64,000 bases of DNA from an uncultured Solirubrobacteraceae bacterium (GTDB lineage Bacteria; Actinomycetota; Thermoleophilia; Solirubrobacterales; Solirubrobacteraceae): positions 137,791-201,790 of the forward strand of contig CAVRZB010000008.1 of NCBI GenBank assembly GCA_963725515.1, given 5' to 3'. Below are positions 1 to 9,982 of this stretch, piece by piece. Below the pieces are notes generated by a model. It was not told where the DNA came from, made no database searches, and saw only the letters and a list, made by a program, of their open reading frames with translations. A program made the translations under genes and the position numbers. Within the stretch, counting starts at the first letter, position 1, and each line of letters starts with the position of its first letter.

Positions 1-995
1 ACGGTTGTCTTGCCGTCTCCGGCGTCGGCGCTCGTGATCATGATGGCGGGGGATTCCTGGCGCGTGCCGAGCTGCGCCCGCAGCAGACGGAACTGCTCGA
101 ACACCGCCGGCGGGAGCGAGTCGGGCGATGGCGCGTTGCGCATCTGGCCGCGGCTCAGCTTCGGCACGCCGCTGAGAATCGGCGCCCGGATGAGGCTGGA
201 GACCTCGTTCTCGTCCCTGACCAGGCCGCTGAAGCGCTCCACGAGCAGCGCCGCCACGGCGCCCAGGGCCGCCCCGCCGAGCAGCGAGAGCAGGACGATC
301 AGCGCTGCCGACGCGCCCGTCGGGCTCGTCGGCGTCTGGGCCCGCGCGGCCAGTGCGAGCGTGGGATCACGGTTGGCGGCCTGAATCGACTCGAGCGCGT
401 TGATGCGCGTCGCGAGGTCCTGCCCCACCGCGCCGTTGGGAGAGGTCAGGGCGGCCTGGCGCGCCTTGAGCTGCGTGAGCTCCGAGCTCACGTTGCCCTG
501 CACGATCGCGTTGCGGTCGGCGAGCGACGCTGCGGCGAAGGCGTTGGCCAGCTTGGCCGATTCCCCCGGACTGGGCGCCGTGGCGGTCACGCCGACCACG
601 TTGCTCTGCCCGACCGGGGCCACGCTGACCCCGGACTGCACGCGACCCTGCGACCAGCCCCGGCCCATGCTCTGGGCCGCTCCGAGGGCGGCGCTCGGCG
701 AATCGATCAGGGCCGCAGCGGTCTCGACGTTGCGCGCGGGATCGCCGGAGTCCGTGACACCCCCGAGCCCGATCAGGTCCGAGTTGGACTCGTTGATCGG
801 GCTGACCAGGATCGACGAGGTCGCCTGATAGCTGTGCCCCCGGCGCTTGACGGTGACCACGCCCACGGCCGTGGCCACCAGAGCGATGACCACGACCAGC
901 TTCCAGTGGCGCGTAACGGCACGGAGGTACGGGTTGGCCGCTTCCTCGACAACTATCGGCGGTCCCGACGAGGAGGACTCGGCGTCAAAGCTCAT
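1..995 (-). CDS. Polysaccharide co-polymerase / tyrosine autokinase (Wzz-Wzc/CpsCD-like), 3' end runs off the window
   Basis: Not in the ORF track; my minus-strand translation from ATG 995 reads MSFDAESSSSGPPIVVEEAANPYLRAVTRHWKLVVVIALVAT (TM1)...LIVLLSLLGGAALGAVAALLVE (TM2)...IMITSADAGDGKTT (Walker A) at the window edge. Confidence 0.8.
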   Translation of the reverse strand, partial: MSFDAESSSSGPPIVVEEAANPYLRAVTRHWKLVVVIALVATAVGVVTVKRRGHSYQATSSILVSPINESNSDLIGLGGVTDSGDPARNVETAAALIDSPSAALGAAQSMGRGWSQGRVQSGVSVAPVGQSNVVGVTATAPSPGESAKLANAFAAASLADRNAIVQGNVSSELTQLKARQAALTSPNGAVGQDLATRINALESIQAANRDPTLALAARAQTPTSPTGASAALIVLLSLLGGAALGAVAALLVERFSGLVRDENEVSSLIRAPILSGVPKLSRGQMRNAPSPDSLPPAVFEQFRLLRAQLGTRQESPAIMITSADAGDGKTT

Positions 996-1143
996 GCGTG
1001 CTCACAATCATAGTTTTGAGTCTGGACCGCTAGTCGGTGCGATCACGTCTGTATCGGCGGGTGTCCGAGTCACCCTTAGCGCGTATGCCCCATGCCACGC
1101 GCCGTTGCGGGCTTCGCGCCGCTGGATCCGTGAGAATCATCGC

Positions 1144-2346
1144 ATGGAAGGTGGCCAGACGCGCAAGACTCATGTTGTCACGCTCACTGACACGATCGGG
1201 GTCGGCGGGGCCGAGCAGATCGTGCTGACGCTCAACCAGTCGCTTGATCCCGGGCAGTTCCGGCGCACCGTATGCATCACCAGGGACCCGGCGTTCTCCG
1301 ACCCGGACGAGGAATTCGACTCCCGCAAGCGCCTCGAGCTGCTCAAGGCCGGTGGAATCGAGGTGCTGGTGCTCAAGCGCCGCTCGAGCCGCGACCTGCG
1401 AGCCTGGCTGCGCCTGATCCGCTTCATCCGCGATGAGCAGGTCGACATCCTCCACGCCCACAAGTTCGGCTCCAACGTCTGGGGCGCGGTGATCGCCAAG
1501 CTGGCGCGCGTTCCGGTGATGTTCGCCCACGAACACACGTGGTCGTTCGAGGGGCAGCCGGTGCGGCGCTTCATCGACCGCTGGGTCGTCGGGCGCCTGG
1601 CCGATGCGGTGATCGCCGTCTCGGCCGCCGACGAGCGCCGGATGGCCGAGATCGTCGGGATCCCGAGCGAGAAGATCGTGCTCGTCCCCAACGGAATCGC
1701 TCCGCTGCCGCCCGGGGACGGCAGCGCCGTGCGCCGCGAGACCGGCGTGCCCGCCGACGCCAGCGTGCTGGTGGCCGTGGCCAATCTCCGCCCCCAGAAG
1801 GCCATCGACGTGATGATCCGGGCGCTGGCGCTGATCGTGCCCGACTACCCTGAGGTTCGCCTGCTGATCGCCGGCGGTGGCGAGCGCTCGGAGCTCGAGG
1901 ACCTGGCGGCCGCGCTGGGCGTCGCCGGCAACGTCACCTTCCTCGGCGCGCGCGCCGACGTGGCCGACGTGCTTTCGGCGGCCAACGTCGCCGTGTCCTC
2001 GTCGGATTTCGAGGGCAGCCCCCTGGCCGGCATGGAGTACCTGGCCGCCGGACTGCCGATCGTGGCCACGGACGTCGGCGGCATGCCCGACCTCGTGCGC
2101 GAAGGCGACAATGGTCTGCTCGTCCCGCGGCAGGACCCCGAGGCGATGGCCGCCGCGGTGGCGCAGCTTCTCGCCGAGCCGGCGCGGGCGCGCGCCATGG
2201 GCGAGCGGGGGCGGGCGCTCCAGGAGCGGGAGTTCTCGCTCGAGGCCATGGTCCGCCGCGTGGAGGCGCTCTACAGCGAGCGCCTGGCCAGGAAGCGCGC
2301 GACCCGGCGCGCTTCAGCCTCGAGCGTCCGCTCGGCCACGTTCTGA
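1144..2346 (+). CDS. Glycosyltransferase family 4 (GT-B)
   Basis: GGAEQ N-terminal motif, DILHAH, VPNGI, EGSPLAGMEYLAAGLPIVATDVGG. Start moved from 847 to ATG 1144 because the 847 extension overlaps the divergent gene. Confidence 0.88.
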   Translation: MEGGQTRKTHVVTLTDTIGVGGAEQIVLTLNQSLDPGQFRRTVCITRDPAFSDPDEEFDSRKRLELLKAGGIEVLVLKRRSSRDLRAWLRLIRFIRDEQVDILHAHKFGSNVWGAVIAKLARVPVMFAHEHTWSFEGQPVRRFIDRWVVGRLADAVIAVSAADERRMAEIVGIPSEKIVLVPNGIAPLPPGDGSAVRRETGVPADASVLVAVANLRPQKAIDVMIRALALIVPDYPEVRLLIAGGGERSELEDLAAALGVAGNVTFLGARADVADVLSAANVAVSSSDFEGSPLAGMEYLAAGLPIVATDVGGMPDLVREGDNGLLVPRQDPEAMAAAVAQLLAEPARARAMGERGRALQEREFSLEAMVRRVEALYSERLARKRATRRASASSVRSATF

Positions 2347-3422
2347 GCCCCGGCCTCGGTCAGCCGGGCGCGAAGCTCCGGCTCGACGCGGATCCTCTCG
2401 AGCGCGTCGACGGCCGCCTCGGCGTGGCCGGCCTGGATCATCAGCGCGCATTCACCGGCGGCGGCCCGTACGCCCCCGACGTCGGTGGCCACGATCGGCA
2501 GCCGGGCGGCGAAGGCCTCGAAGAGCACCTGGGGCAGCCCCTCGGTCCACGACACGTGCAGCAGGGCGTGGCTCGAGCGGTAGATGTCCTGCAACCCCTG
2601 GTCGTGGGGGACGTATCCGAGCAGCTCGGCGTGGGCCTCGACACCCAGTTCGGCGAGGCGCCGGCGAAGCGCCTCCTCCAGCGGCCCCTCGCCGCAGATG
2701 AGCAGGCGCCATTGGTCGCTACGGCGACGCAATGCGGCCAGGATGTCGGCCAGCAACAGTGGGTTCTTCTCCTCCTCCAGCCGGCCGACGCTGAGCACGC
2801 GCAGCTCACCGGCGTCATAGGAGCGGGTGGTGGCGAGCGATGCGGGGACGATGTCCTGTTCGCGCACGAGTGAGACGGAGAGCACGAGTGTCCGCGCGGG
2901 GCGATACCCCTGGGCCAGCGCGGGTCCGACCACAACGACGGGAACGAAGCGGCCCATCAGGCGCCAGGCGCCCTCGAGCAGGTCGGCGATCCCGTGCGTC
3001 CAGCGACGGTCGGGGTTACGCGCCCGCACATAGCGCGGGAAGTCCTGGCGCACCCCGAGCGCCACGCTCCGGCCACGCGCGAAGGCCAGCAGCGCGAAGG
3101 CGACACCCAGTGGGTGGGGCCCCATCAGCCAGACTCCGTCCACCTCGCCGAGCACGCGCCAGAAGGTGGCCAGCGAGCGAGCCATGCCGCGAAGTGCCTC
3201 GGACGGGCGCGTCAGGCTGCGGTAGTAGGGCAGCGCGACGAAGCCGGTCGTCTCGGGCAGGGCGTAGCGGGCCGGACCGGGGTCCGGGTCAACCTTGCCG
3301 AGGATCACCACCCGCTCGAGCTCGTCGCCGAGCTTGGCCAGGAAGAGCGCAAAGGCCCGTTCGGCGTATATCCGCCCCGCCACTCGTCGGTAGGTGTAGT
3401 CGGTGTAGACGGCGAGCCGCAT
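2271..3422 (-). CDS. Glycosyltransferase family 4 (GT-B)
   Basis: VLSVGRLEEEKNP, TEGLPQVLFEAFAARLPIVATDVGG. Start MRLAVYTD lies 2 nt after the stop of the upstream GT2. Confidence 0.85.
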   Translation of the reverse strand: MRLAVYTDYTYRRVAGRIYAERAFALFLAKLGDELERVVILGKVDPDPGPARYALPETTGFVALPYYRSLTRPSEALRGMARSLATFWRVLGEVDGVWLMGPHPLGVAFALLAFARGRSVALGVRQDFPRYVRARNPDRRWTHGIADLLEGAWRLMGRFVPVVVVGPALAQGYRPARTLVLSVSLVREQDIVPASLATTRSYDAGELRVLSVGRLEEEKNPLLLADILAALRRRSDQWRLLICGEGPLEEALRRRLAELGVEAHAELLGYVPHDQGLQDIYRSSHALLHVSWTEGLPQVLFEAFAARLPIVATDVGGVRAAAGECALMIQAGHAEAAVDALERIRVEPELRARLTEAGAQNVAERTLEAEARRVARFLARRSL

Positions 3423-3424
3423 GG

Positions 3425-4471
3425 TCAGCTCGCGTCCGCGCCGCCGCGGCGCCGCAGGCCGCGGCCGAGATGTGCCAGCCCGGCGAGCGGCGGACCGAAG
3501 CGCGCGCAGCCGATCAGGAACCCAACTCCGTAGCTCAGGTGCATCGTCGAGAAGACGAGCGGCAGCGCTGCGGCGTCCGCGCCGGCGCCCTCGCCCGCCG
3601 CGCGCGCACTCGCGGTGAGCAGGGTGACCGCGTACGCCGCGACCCCGGCGCGCGCTGTGCGGCGCAGCCCCCGGGACGGCGCCAGCACCGCGGCGGCGGC
3701 GCTCAGTGCCAGCGCGGGCGGCAAGACCTGCGAGCGGCGCAGGCTCTCGGGATGGCGCCCTGCCGTCTTGACCCGGTAGGTCCCGTAGCGCAGGTACTGG
3801 CGCGCGAGCGCCCCCAGGGTGTCGCGCGGGATATAGCTGGCCGCCATCTCGGGCAGGCACACGATCCGGCCGCCTTCGGCCCTGATGCGGGCGGCGAGCT
3901 CCATGTCCTGGTCGTTGACGAACTCCTCGTCCCAGCCGCCGTGGCGCTCGAGGAGGGAGCGCCGCCAGATGCCTGTGAAGCCGGTGTCGATCTCGTGCTC
4001 GCGCTCGAGCTCCCGCCGGAACCCGGCTCCCCCGGTACCGAACGAGGTGCTCAGCGCGAGCGCGACGCGACGCGACCCGGGACTCGCGCCGACGGCGATC
4101 TGGGCCCCGCTCACCGAGGCCACACCGCCGCGCCGGAGGCGCTGCACGCCGGCCGCGAGATAGCGCGACGGGTACACGGTGTGGGCATCCATGCGGGCCA
4201 CGAACTCCCCACGCGCCTCGGCCAGCCCGATATTCAGGGCATGTGGAGTCCGGCGCTGTGGGTTCTCGAACACCCGCACGCGCGGGTCATCGGCGGCAAG
4301 CTCGGCGAGGATCTGCGGGGTGGCGTCGGTCGATCCACCGTCCATGAACAGGAACTCGAGCGTGCCGTCGAACTCCTGGGCGAGCATCGCGTGCGCAGCC
4401 TCGCGCAGGTGCCGCTCCTCGTTGAGGACCGGGATCAGCACGCTCACGTCGACTCGGGTCAAGGTCCCCAT
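3425..4471 (-). CDS. Glycosyltransferase family 2 (ExoA-like)
   Basis: VSVLIPVLNEE, MDGGSTDAT, ARMDAH (DxH), WDEEFVNDQDMELAARIR, C-terminal TMs. Confidence 0.88.
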   Translation of the reverse strand: MGTLTRVDVSVLIPVLNEERHLREAAHAMLAQEFDGTLEFLFMDGGSTDATPQILAELAADDPRVRVFENPQRRTPHALNIGLAEARGEFVARMDAHTVYPSRYLAAGVQRLRRGGVASVSGAQIAVGASPGSRRVALALSTSFGTGGAGFRRELEREHEIDTGFTGIWRRSLLERHGGWDEEFVNDQDMELAARIRAEGGRIVCLPEMAASYIPRDTLGALARQYLRYGTYRVKTAGRHPESLRRSQVLPPALALSAAAAVLAPSRGLRRTARAGVAAYAVTLLTASARAAGEGAGADAAALPLVFSTMHLSYGVGFLIGCARFGPPLAGLAHLGRGLRRRGGADAS

Positions 4472-6535
4472 CTACCTGATGTTCTGCTTCTTGAAGAGTG
4501 AGGCATTCGCGCCCTGCGTCAGGAGCTGATTGAACTTGACCGGGTCGATGGGCTGATGGCGCTTGATGAGCGTCCGGGCCTGGCCGATCAGCGGGTCGTC
4601 GACGTCGAGCTTCGCCGCTCGGTCGAGCTCGCTGAGCGCGAGCGTGTAGTGGCCGCTCCCCGCGTCGAGCAGGGCGAGCTGGAGCCAGGAATACCAGTCC
4701 TGCTCCTTGCCCAGCGCGCGCACGAACGCGGCCCGGGCGCGCGTCGAGTCGCCGAGCCCCTCGGCGGCGGCGCCCTCGGTGATCGCCGGGTCGGCGCTGA
4801 GCGGATCGAGTGAGGTTGCCCGCGAGAGGTCATGGTACGCCCCACTCGGTCGCTGCCCGTAGGTCTTGAGTGCGCGGTTGACGTAGCGGTCGGCTATGTA
4901 CGGGCCGTACATCCCGTAAGCCGCCCCGGCCAGCCCGAGGGCCAGCAGCATCGCACCGGCGAACGCCAGTCCGCCTCCGCGCCAGCGGGAGGCCCGCGGC
5001 GCGGCCGCGACCGCACCGTCGCCCGGCGGGGGCTCCGGGTCGCGCATCTCGATCGCCGCCAAGGCCATCGAGAACGCCGGCGCTGCCAGCGCCGGGAACT
5101 CGTCGAGCCAGTCCAGCGACGCGTGAACGAGGAAGTAGGTGGCGACCATGAACGCGGCCGTGGCGCACGCGCGCCCAAGGCCTCCGAGTCTTCGGGCGGT
5201 GAGCGCGAGGCCGGCCGTTAGGGCGAGGACGACGGTGGCGAACAGCGCGAAGCCGACGATCCCGGTCTCGCTGAGCGTCCGCAGGGTGATGTCGTGCACG
5301 TACTGGGAATGCTTGGCGAACCGCTTCAGACCGTCATATCGGCGGCCGAAATCGGCCGCCCCGACGCCGAGCACGGGGGCACCGGAGAACAGGTGCAGCG
5401 CGACCCGGATGTAGTCGAAGCGCTCCTCCGGCGTGACGGAGAAGATGCGACTCGGCCCGGTGCTGGCGTCGACCTTGCCGCTGTGGTAGATCTTGTTGGC
5501 CAGCCGGCTGATCTGCGGCGCGGCGGCGACCGAGGCGCCGGCCACCACCACCACGGCGAACATGGCCAGCGCGATCCGGCCGCTGCGCCGGTTGAGTGCG
5601 CGCCGGGCCTCCGCGAGCGGCCGGGGGAGCGGCACCCGGTCCTCGACCAATGCGATCACGAGCCCGAGAGCAAACGCCACCAGGCTCGTGATGAGCATCG
5701 TGGTGGCCGCCCGGGAGAGCAGCGGGCCGACCACCTTGCCGGCGTTGATGGCGTCGTCTACCTTGACCGTGCGCGAGAGCGAGAAGGCGAGGCCACCGCC
5801 GAGCACGGCGTAGCGCACGAGCAGCCGCAAGCGACCCGGCGTGATGAGGACGGCGATCACCGCGGTCACGGTCAAGCCGACCAGGCCGCCGCGGCTCTGC
5901 GGCAGCAGGGCGAACTCGCACAGGAACACCGAGATCGCCAGCCCCAGCGCCCTGAGCGGCGGCCACAGCTCGCTCCGCGTGGAGAGAATCAGCGCTGGCC
6001 AGAGGCCCATCACGGCGATCGCGGCCGTCGCATTCGGGTAATCGAGCGGCGTCGCGTAGCGCAGCTGGACGAAGAACGGGTCGAGGCTGTGGGCTGAGGT
6101 GGCCTGGAGGAGACCGATCGCGCAGAACGCGGCCACCCCCACGGACCAGGAGGCGAGCAGCAGGGTGACCGCGCGCGGCGTCCATGGCGTCACGGAGAAG
6201 ATCCAGGCGATCACCAGGTAGAGCAGCAGCTTGTCCGCCGACACGAGCGCGGCGCCCTTGGATCCCGACCAGATGATCGAGAGGTAGTTGAGCGCGGTCA
6301 GCGCGGCGAAGGCCAGTAGGGCGACGCGCGCCGCCCGCTGGCGCGGAAGCCATTGCCGGTGCCAGAGCAGCGTGACCAGGAGGAGCGCCACCGCGCCGAA
6401 GGCACTCGGGTACCACAGGTCCTCGAAGTAGCCGCCGCTCTCGCCGATCCAGACCATCCACAGCACCGCGAGCGCGGCGGCGGGTAGAAAGGGCGCGAGC
6501 TGGACGGTGCGGATCTTCGCCGCGGCTCCGGTCAC
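4472..6535 (-). CDS. O-antigen ligase/Wzy_C family membrane protein with C-terminal TPR-like region
   Basis: Many TMs, YPNA, LPQSRGG, PVLGVGAADF...HDITLRTLSETGIVG. GTG 6535 overlaps the upstream TGA (GTGA). Confidence 0.8.
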   Translation of the reverse strand: MTGAAAKIRTVQLAPFLPAAALAVLWMVWIGESGGYFEDLWYPSAFGAVALLLVTLLWHRQWLPRQRAARVALLAFAALTALNYLSIIWSGSKGAALVSADKLLLYLVIAWIFSVTPWTPRAVTLLLASWSVGVAAFCAIGLLQATSAHSLDPFFVQLRYATPLDYPNATAAIAVMGLWPALILSTRSELWPPLRALGLAISVFLCEFALLPQSRGGLVGLTVTAVIAVLITPGRLRLLVRYAVLGGGLAFSLSRTVKVDDAINAGKVVGPLLSRAATTMLITSLVAFALGLVIALVEDRVPLPRPLAEARRALNRRSGRIALAMFAVVVVAGASVAAAPQISRLANKIYHSGKVDASTGPSRIFSVTPEERFDYIRVALHLFSGAPVLGVGAADFGRRYDGLKRFAKHSQYVHDITLRTLSETGIVGFALFATVVLALTAGLALTARRLGGLGRACATAAFMVATYFLVHASLDWLDEFPALAAPAFSMALAAIEMRDPEPPPGDGAVAAAPRASRWRGGGLAFAGAMLLALGLAGAAYGMYGPYIADRYVNRALKTYGQRPSGAYHDLSRATSLDPLSADPAITEGAAAEGLGDSTRARAAFVRALGKEQDWYSWLQLALLDAGSGHYTLALSELDRAAKLDVDDPLIGQARTLIKRHQPIDPVKFNQLLTQGANASLFKKQNIR

Positions 6536-7257
6536 CGATCCGCCGCGGGCTTCCGGTACCACCACAGGCGGTGACTTCGCAGAGGTCCAATCCGCGCCAG
6601 CGCCGGATAGAGCCGCGGCGCGCGAGGGCCAAGCCGGCGAGCGATCTGGGGCAACAGCGTGATCGTGCGGGACTCGACGGGCAGCGCGATGTCGCGCCGG
6701 TGGATCGACCGCGTCGAGCGGTTGAACGGGTTCGGGATGCGCGGGTCGTAGATCAGCAGCATCCCGCCGGGGGCCAGCACGCGGTCGCATTCGGCCACGA
6801 CCCGATCCGAATCCGGCCCGGCCGGCAGGTCGCCGAGCACGGTGAACAGCAGGATCAGAGCGAAACGGCCGTCCTCGAAGGGCAGCTCGCGGGCATCGGC
6901 GTGGACGTAGTTTGCGCCCGGCACGTTGCGCTTGGCGTGCTCGAGGCGGCTCGGCAGCAGATCGGCCCCGTACAGACGGCCCGGATCGACGTCGGCGCTC
7001 AGGTCGTGCAGCCAGCCGCCGGTGCCACAGCCCACGTCGAGAATCGCCCCCTCGCCGGCGAGCTGGGCGGCGGCGAGCGACCGTACGGCGGCGGCGAGCT
7101 CGAGATGGCTGGCCCGATTGCCGGGGTTCGCCGAGTCCCAGGCGCGCCGCTTGCGCTCACTGGCGTGGTAGCCCGAATAGGCCGCCTCTATCCGCTCGTC
7201 GATCGCGGGCACCTCGGGCTCCGGGGCGCGGCTCGGTTGCTCGGGCTCGGGCGTCAC
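6532..7257 (-). CDS. Class I SAM-dependent methyltransferase
   Basis: ILDVGCGTG, ADARELPFEDGRFALI, RVLAPGG. Start position uncertain. Confidence 0.82.
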   Translation of the reverse strand: MTPEPEQPSRAPEPEVPAIDERIEAAYSGYHASERKRRAWDSANPGNRASHLELAAAVRSLAAAQLAGEGAILDVGCGTGGWLHDLSADVDPGRLYGADLLPSRLEHAKRNVPGANYVHADARELPFEDGRFALILLFTVLGDLPAGPDSDRVVAECDRVLAPGGMLLIYDPRIPNPFNRSTRSIHRRDIALPVESRTITLLPQIARRLGPRAPRLYPALARIGPLRSHRLWWYRKPAADR

Positions 7258-7403
7258 CGTGGCCGCGATCGTACACGCGCCGCCGGTGCGAACCGGGCGC
7301 CTGCGCCCAGCCGACCGCCGCGAGCCGGTGGTGTGAACCGCGGACGACCGCGGAGGCCCCGGCGCGCCGTGCCTCGTTCCAGGTGACTCGATAGGGTCGG
7401 GGC

Positions 7404-8543
7404 ATGGCCTCATGGAAAGTCCCGCTCTCCGACGTGACCATCACCGAGCAGGAGATCGCGACTGTGGCCGACGTCTACCGGTCGGGTTGGCTCAGCCTCG
7501 GTCCGCGTACGGCCGCCTTCGAGGAGGACCTAGCCGCCTACACGGGCGCGGAGCACGCCGTCGCGGTGGCCAACGGTACGGCCGCGCTTCACCTCATCTG
7601 CATGGCGGCCGGGCTCGGTCCCGGCGACGAGGTGATCGTCCCATCGATGACGTTCGTGGCCACCGTCAACGCGATCGCCTACACCGGCGCGCGTCCGGTG
7701 TTCGCCGACATCGTCTCGGTGCTCGAGCCGTGGCTCGACCCGGCGGAGGTGCAGCAGCTCATCACGCCCCGCACGAAGGCGGTCATGATGATGACCTACG
7801 GCGGTCACTGCGGCGAGACCGAGCGCCTCGTGGAGATCTGTGCCGCGAACGGGCTGATGCTGCTCGAGGACGCCGCCCACGGCCTCGGCTCGCGCCTGCA
7901 CGGCCGTCAGCTCGGCACGTTCGGCACGGCCGGCGCCTACAGCTTCTTCTCCAACAAGAATCTCGCCGTCGGCGAGGGGGGCGCCGCCGTGACCTCAGAT
8001 CCGGAGATCGCCGAGCGTCTGCGGTTGCTGCGCTCGCACGGCATGACCTCGCTCAGCTGGGACCGCCACAAGGGTCACGCCACCGGATACGACGTGGTCG
8101 CCCTGGGTTACAACTACCGCATCGACGAGCCCCGCGCGGCGCTGGCCAGCGCGCGCCTCAGGGACCTCGATGACCAGGACCTTCGGCGCGGTGCGATCGT
8201 CGCCGCCTACCGCTCGGCGCTGGAACACCTCGGACTGCAGGTGCCACTGGCTCCGCGCGCGGGGCTCGATTCCGCCCATCACCTCGCCTGTCTGCTGCTC
8301 GATCCCGAGGTCGACCGCGCCCGGTTCAGGGAGGCCCTGGCGGGCGCGGGGGTGCAGACGAGCATGCACTACCCGCCCGTGCACCACTTCTCGATCTATG
8401 AACCCGGCGCGCCCGAGCTTCCGGTGACCGACGCCTACGCGGCCCGCACCGTCACGCTACCGCTGTTCGCGCACATGACGACCGAGCAACTCGACGTCGT
8501 CCTCGGGGCAGTCGACTCCGCGCTGGCGCGCACGCGCGCCTGA
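7404..8543 (+). CDS. DegT/DnrJ/EryC1/StrS family NDP-sugar aminotransferase
   Basis: VANGTAALHL, LLEDAAH, YSFFSNKNLAVGEGG (PLP Lys), GYNYR. Confidence 0.92.
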   Translation: MASWKVPLSDVTITEQEIATVADVYRSGWLSLGPRTAAFEEDLAAYTGAEHAVAVANGTAALHLICMAAGLGPGDEVIVPSMTFVATVNAIAYTGARPVFADIVSVLEPWLDPAEVQQLITPRTKAVMMMTYGGHCGETERLVEICAANGLMLLEDAAHGLGSRLHGRQLGTFGTAGAYSFFSNKNLAVGEGGAAVTSDPEIAERLRLLRSHGMTSLSWDRHKGHATGYDVVALGYNYRIDEPRAALASARLRDLDDQDLRRGAIVAAYRSALEHLGLQVPLAPRAGLDSAHHLACLLLDPEVDRARFREALAGAGVQTSMHYPPVHHFSIYEPGAPELPVTDAYAARTVTLPLFAHMTTEQLDVVLGAVDSALARTRA

Positions 8544-8585
8544 ACAGAGCAGAGCCGACTGCCGCGGCCGCGCGAATGGCGACTT

Positions 8586-8828
8586 CTAGTCTGAGAGACG
8601 GGTCCGAGTGCGGTGGCGCACGACGAAGCCGGCCGCCAGCAGCAACAGCCCGATCACGGCGACCGCTCCGACGTTGATGCCCGTGAAGGGCAGCGTCGAA
8701 CCCGAGCCGTGGAACTGCGAGAACTTGTTGTACGCGTTTTGTGCGGGATCTTCCGCCCAGGCAGGCGCGGCTACAGCGAGCATGACAAGGCACGTAAGAC
8801 CAAGGAAGACCGTCCTCTTGAATCTCAT
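8586..8828 (-). CDS. 80-aa protein with signal peptide and LPFTG (LPxTG-type) cell-wall sorting signal
   Basis: MRFKR-hydrophobic-APAWA signal, 24-aa core ending TLPFT, then G-hydrophobic helix-RHRTRTR basic tail. Confidence 0.65.
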   Translation of the reverse strand: MRFKRTVFLGLTCLVMLAVAAPAWAEDPAQNAYNKFSQFHGSGSTLPFTGINVGAVAVIGLLLLAAGFVVRHRTRTRLSD

Positions 8829-9139
8829 TTCAACCCCCAGGGTTAAGCAGCTAGCGGTGGATTCCACCAATCCGTGCGGATCCTACCAGCAGCGTTTGAC
8901 GGTATGAACGGCGTCTGGAGCGCCGTTTCGCACCGAATGTAACCAGCCCGATCACTAAATGTACAAGTTCTCGCCTGCAAGCACGATATGATGCAACGCA
9001 CATCGGTGCACCGCGCGCCATCGGTCGAGGACGAGTGGCGCGCACAGGCGGGTGCATCAACTTAGGTGGGCTCGGGACCATTGAAGGATTCCTGGGTCTT
9101 GTGACGCCATTGTGGGCAACAAATAAGAGGGCAACCATC

Positions 9140-9958
9140 GTGACTTCGCCAATCGCCGTGAAGGCAATACGCCGACACGCATTCGCACTTGTTCGTTCCG
9201 TTTCGGTTTTGTCGGCCGAGACATCCGTCGTCGCCACCAGGAGCTGGCGGCTGATCAAGCGTTCGCTCGACGTGCTGCTCGCCGCATCGCTGCTGCTGGC
9301 CACGCTCCCCGTGCTGATCCTGATCGCCGTGGCGATCAAGCTGGATTCGAGCGGGCCCGTGCTGTTCCGCGTTCATCGTGTCGGTTACCGGGGACGCCCG
9401 CTGATGATGCTGAAGTTCCGCAAGATGCATCACGACGCCTCGGGCGGTCCGCTGACCACCGGCGGCGACCCGCGCCTGACCCGCGTCGGAGGTGTGCTCA
9501 CGCGCACGCGTCTGGACGAGCTACCCCAGCTCTGGGACGTCCTGCGCGGACGCATGAGCATCATCGGACCGCGGCCCGAGGACCCGCGCTTCGTCGCGCT
9601 GCACCCCGAGCACTACGAGGACATCCTGCGCGTACGACCTGGGATCACCGGCGTCTCGCAGCTGGCCTTCGCCAAGGAGAGCGTGATCCTCGACGGCGCC
9701 GACCCGGTCGGTCACTACGTGAGCCGCATCCTGCCGCAGAAGGTCTCACTCGACACGCTCTACGCCCGGCGTAGTTCGCTGCGCATGGACTTCTCGATCA
9801 TCTTCTGGACGCTCGTGGCCGTGATCGTCGGCCTGCCGGTGGCCGTGCACCGCTCGAGCGGCCGCATGAACGTCCGCCGGCGACACCAGCCCGCGCCCGC
9901 GCCCGCTGCCGAGTCCGGTTCAGCCGAACCGGCTCTCGCGTCGGCCGCGGTCAGCTAA
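9140..9958 (+). CDS. Bacterial sugar transferase (priming phosphoglycosyl transferase), copy 1
   Basis: IKRSLDVLL, KLDSSGPVLF, KFRKM, DPRLTRVG, LDELPQLWDVLRGRMSIIGPRPE. AAGAGG SD upstream of GTG 9140. Confidence 0.9.
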   Translation: MTSPIAVKAIRRHAFALVRSVSVLSAETSVVATRSWRLIKRSLDVLLAASLLLATLPVLILIAVAIKLDSSGPVLFRVHRVGYRGRPLMMLKFRKMHHDASGGPLTTGGDPRLTRVGGVLTRTRLDELPQLWDVLRGRMSIIGPRPEDPRFVALHPEHYEDILRVRPGITGVSQLAFAKESVILDGADPVGHYVSRILPQKVSLDTLYARRSSLRMDFSIIFWTLVAVIVGLPVAVHRSSGRMNVRRRHQPAPAPAAESGSAEPALASAAVS

Positions 9959-9982
9959 GAGCAACTCAGGGACCTCGGCCCA

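Noticed and set aside
10-828. + strand ORFs 10-384 and 400-828
   Set aside because: Antisense shadows of the minus-strand Wzz/Wzc gene, which the ORF track missed because it has no stop inside the window
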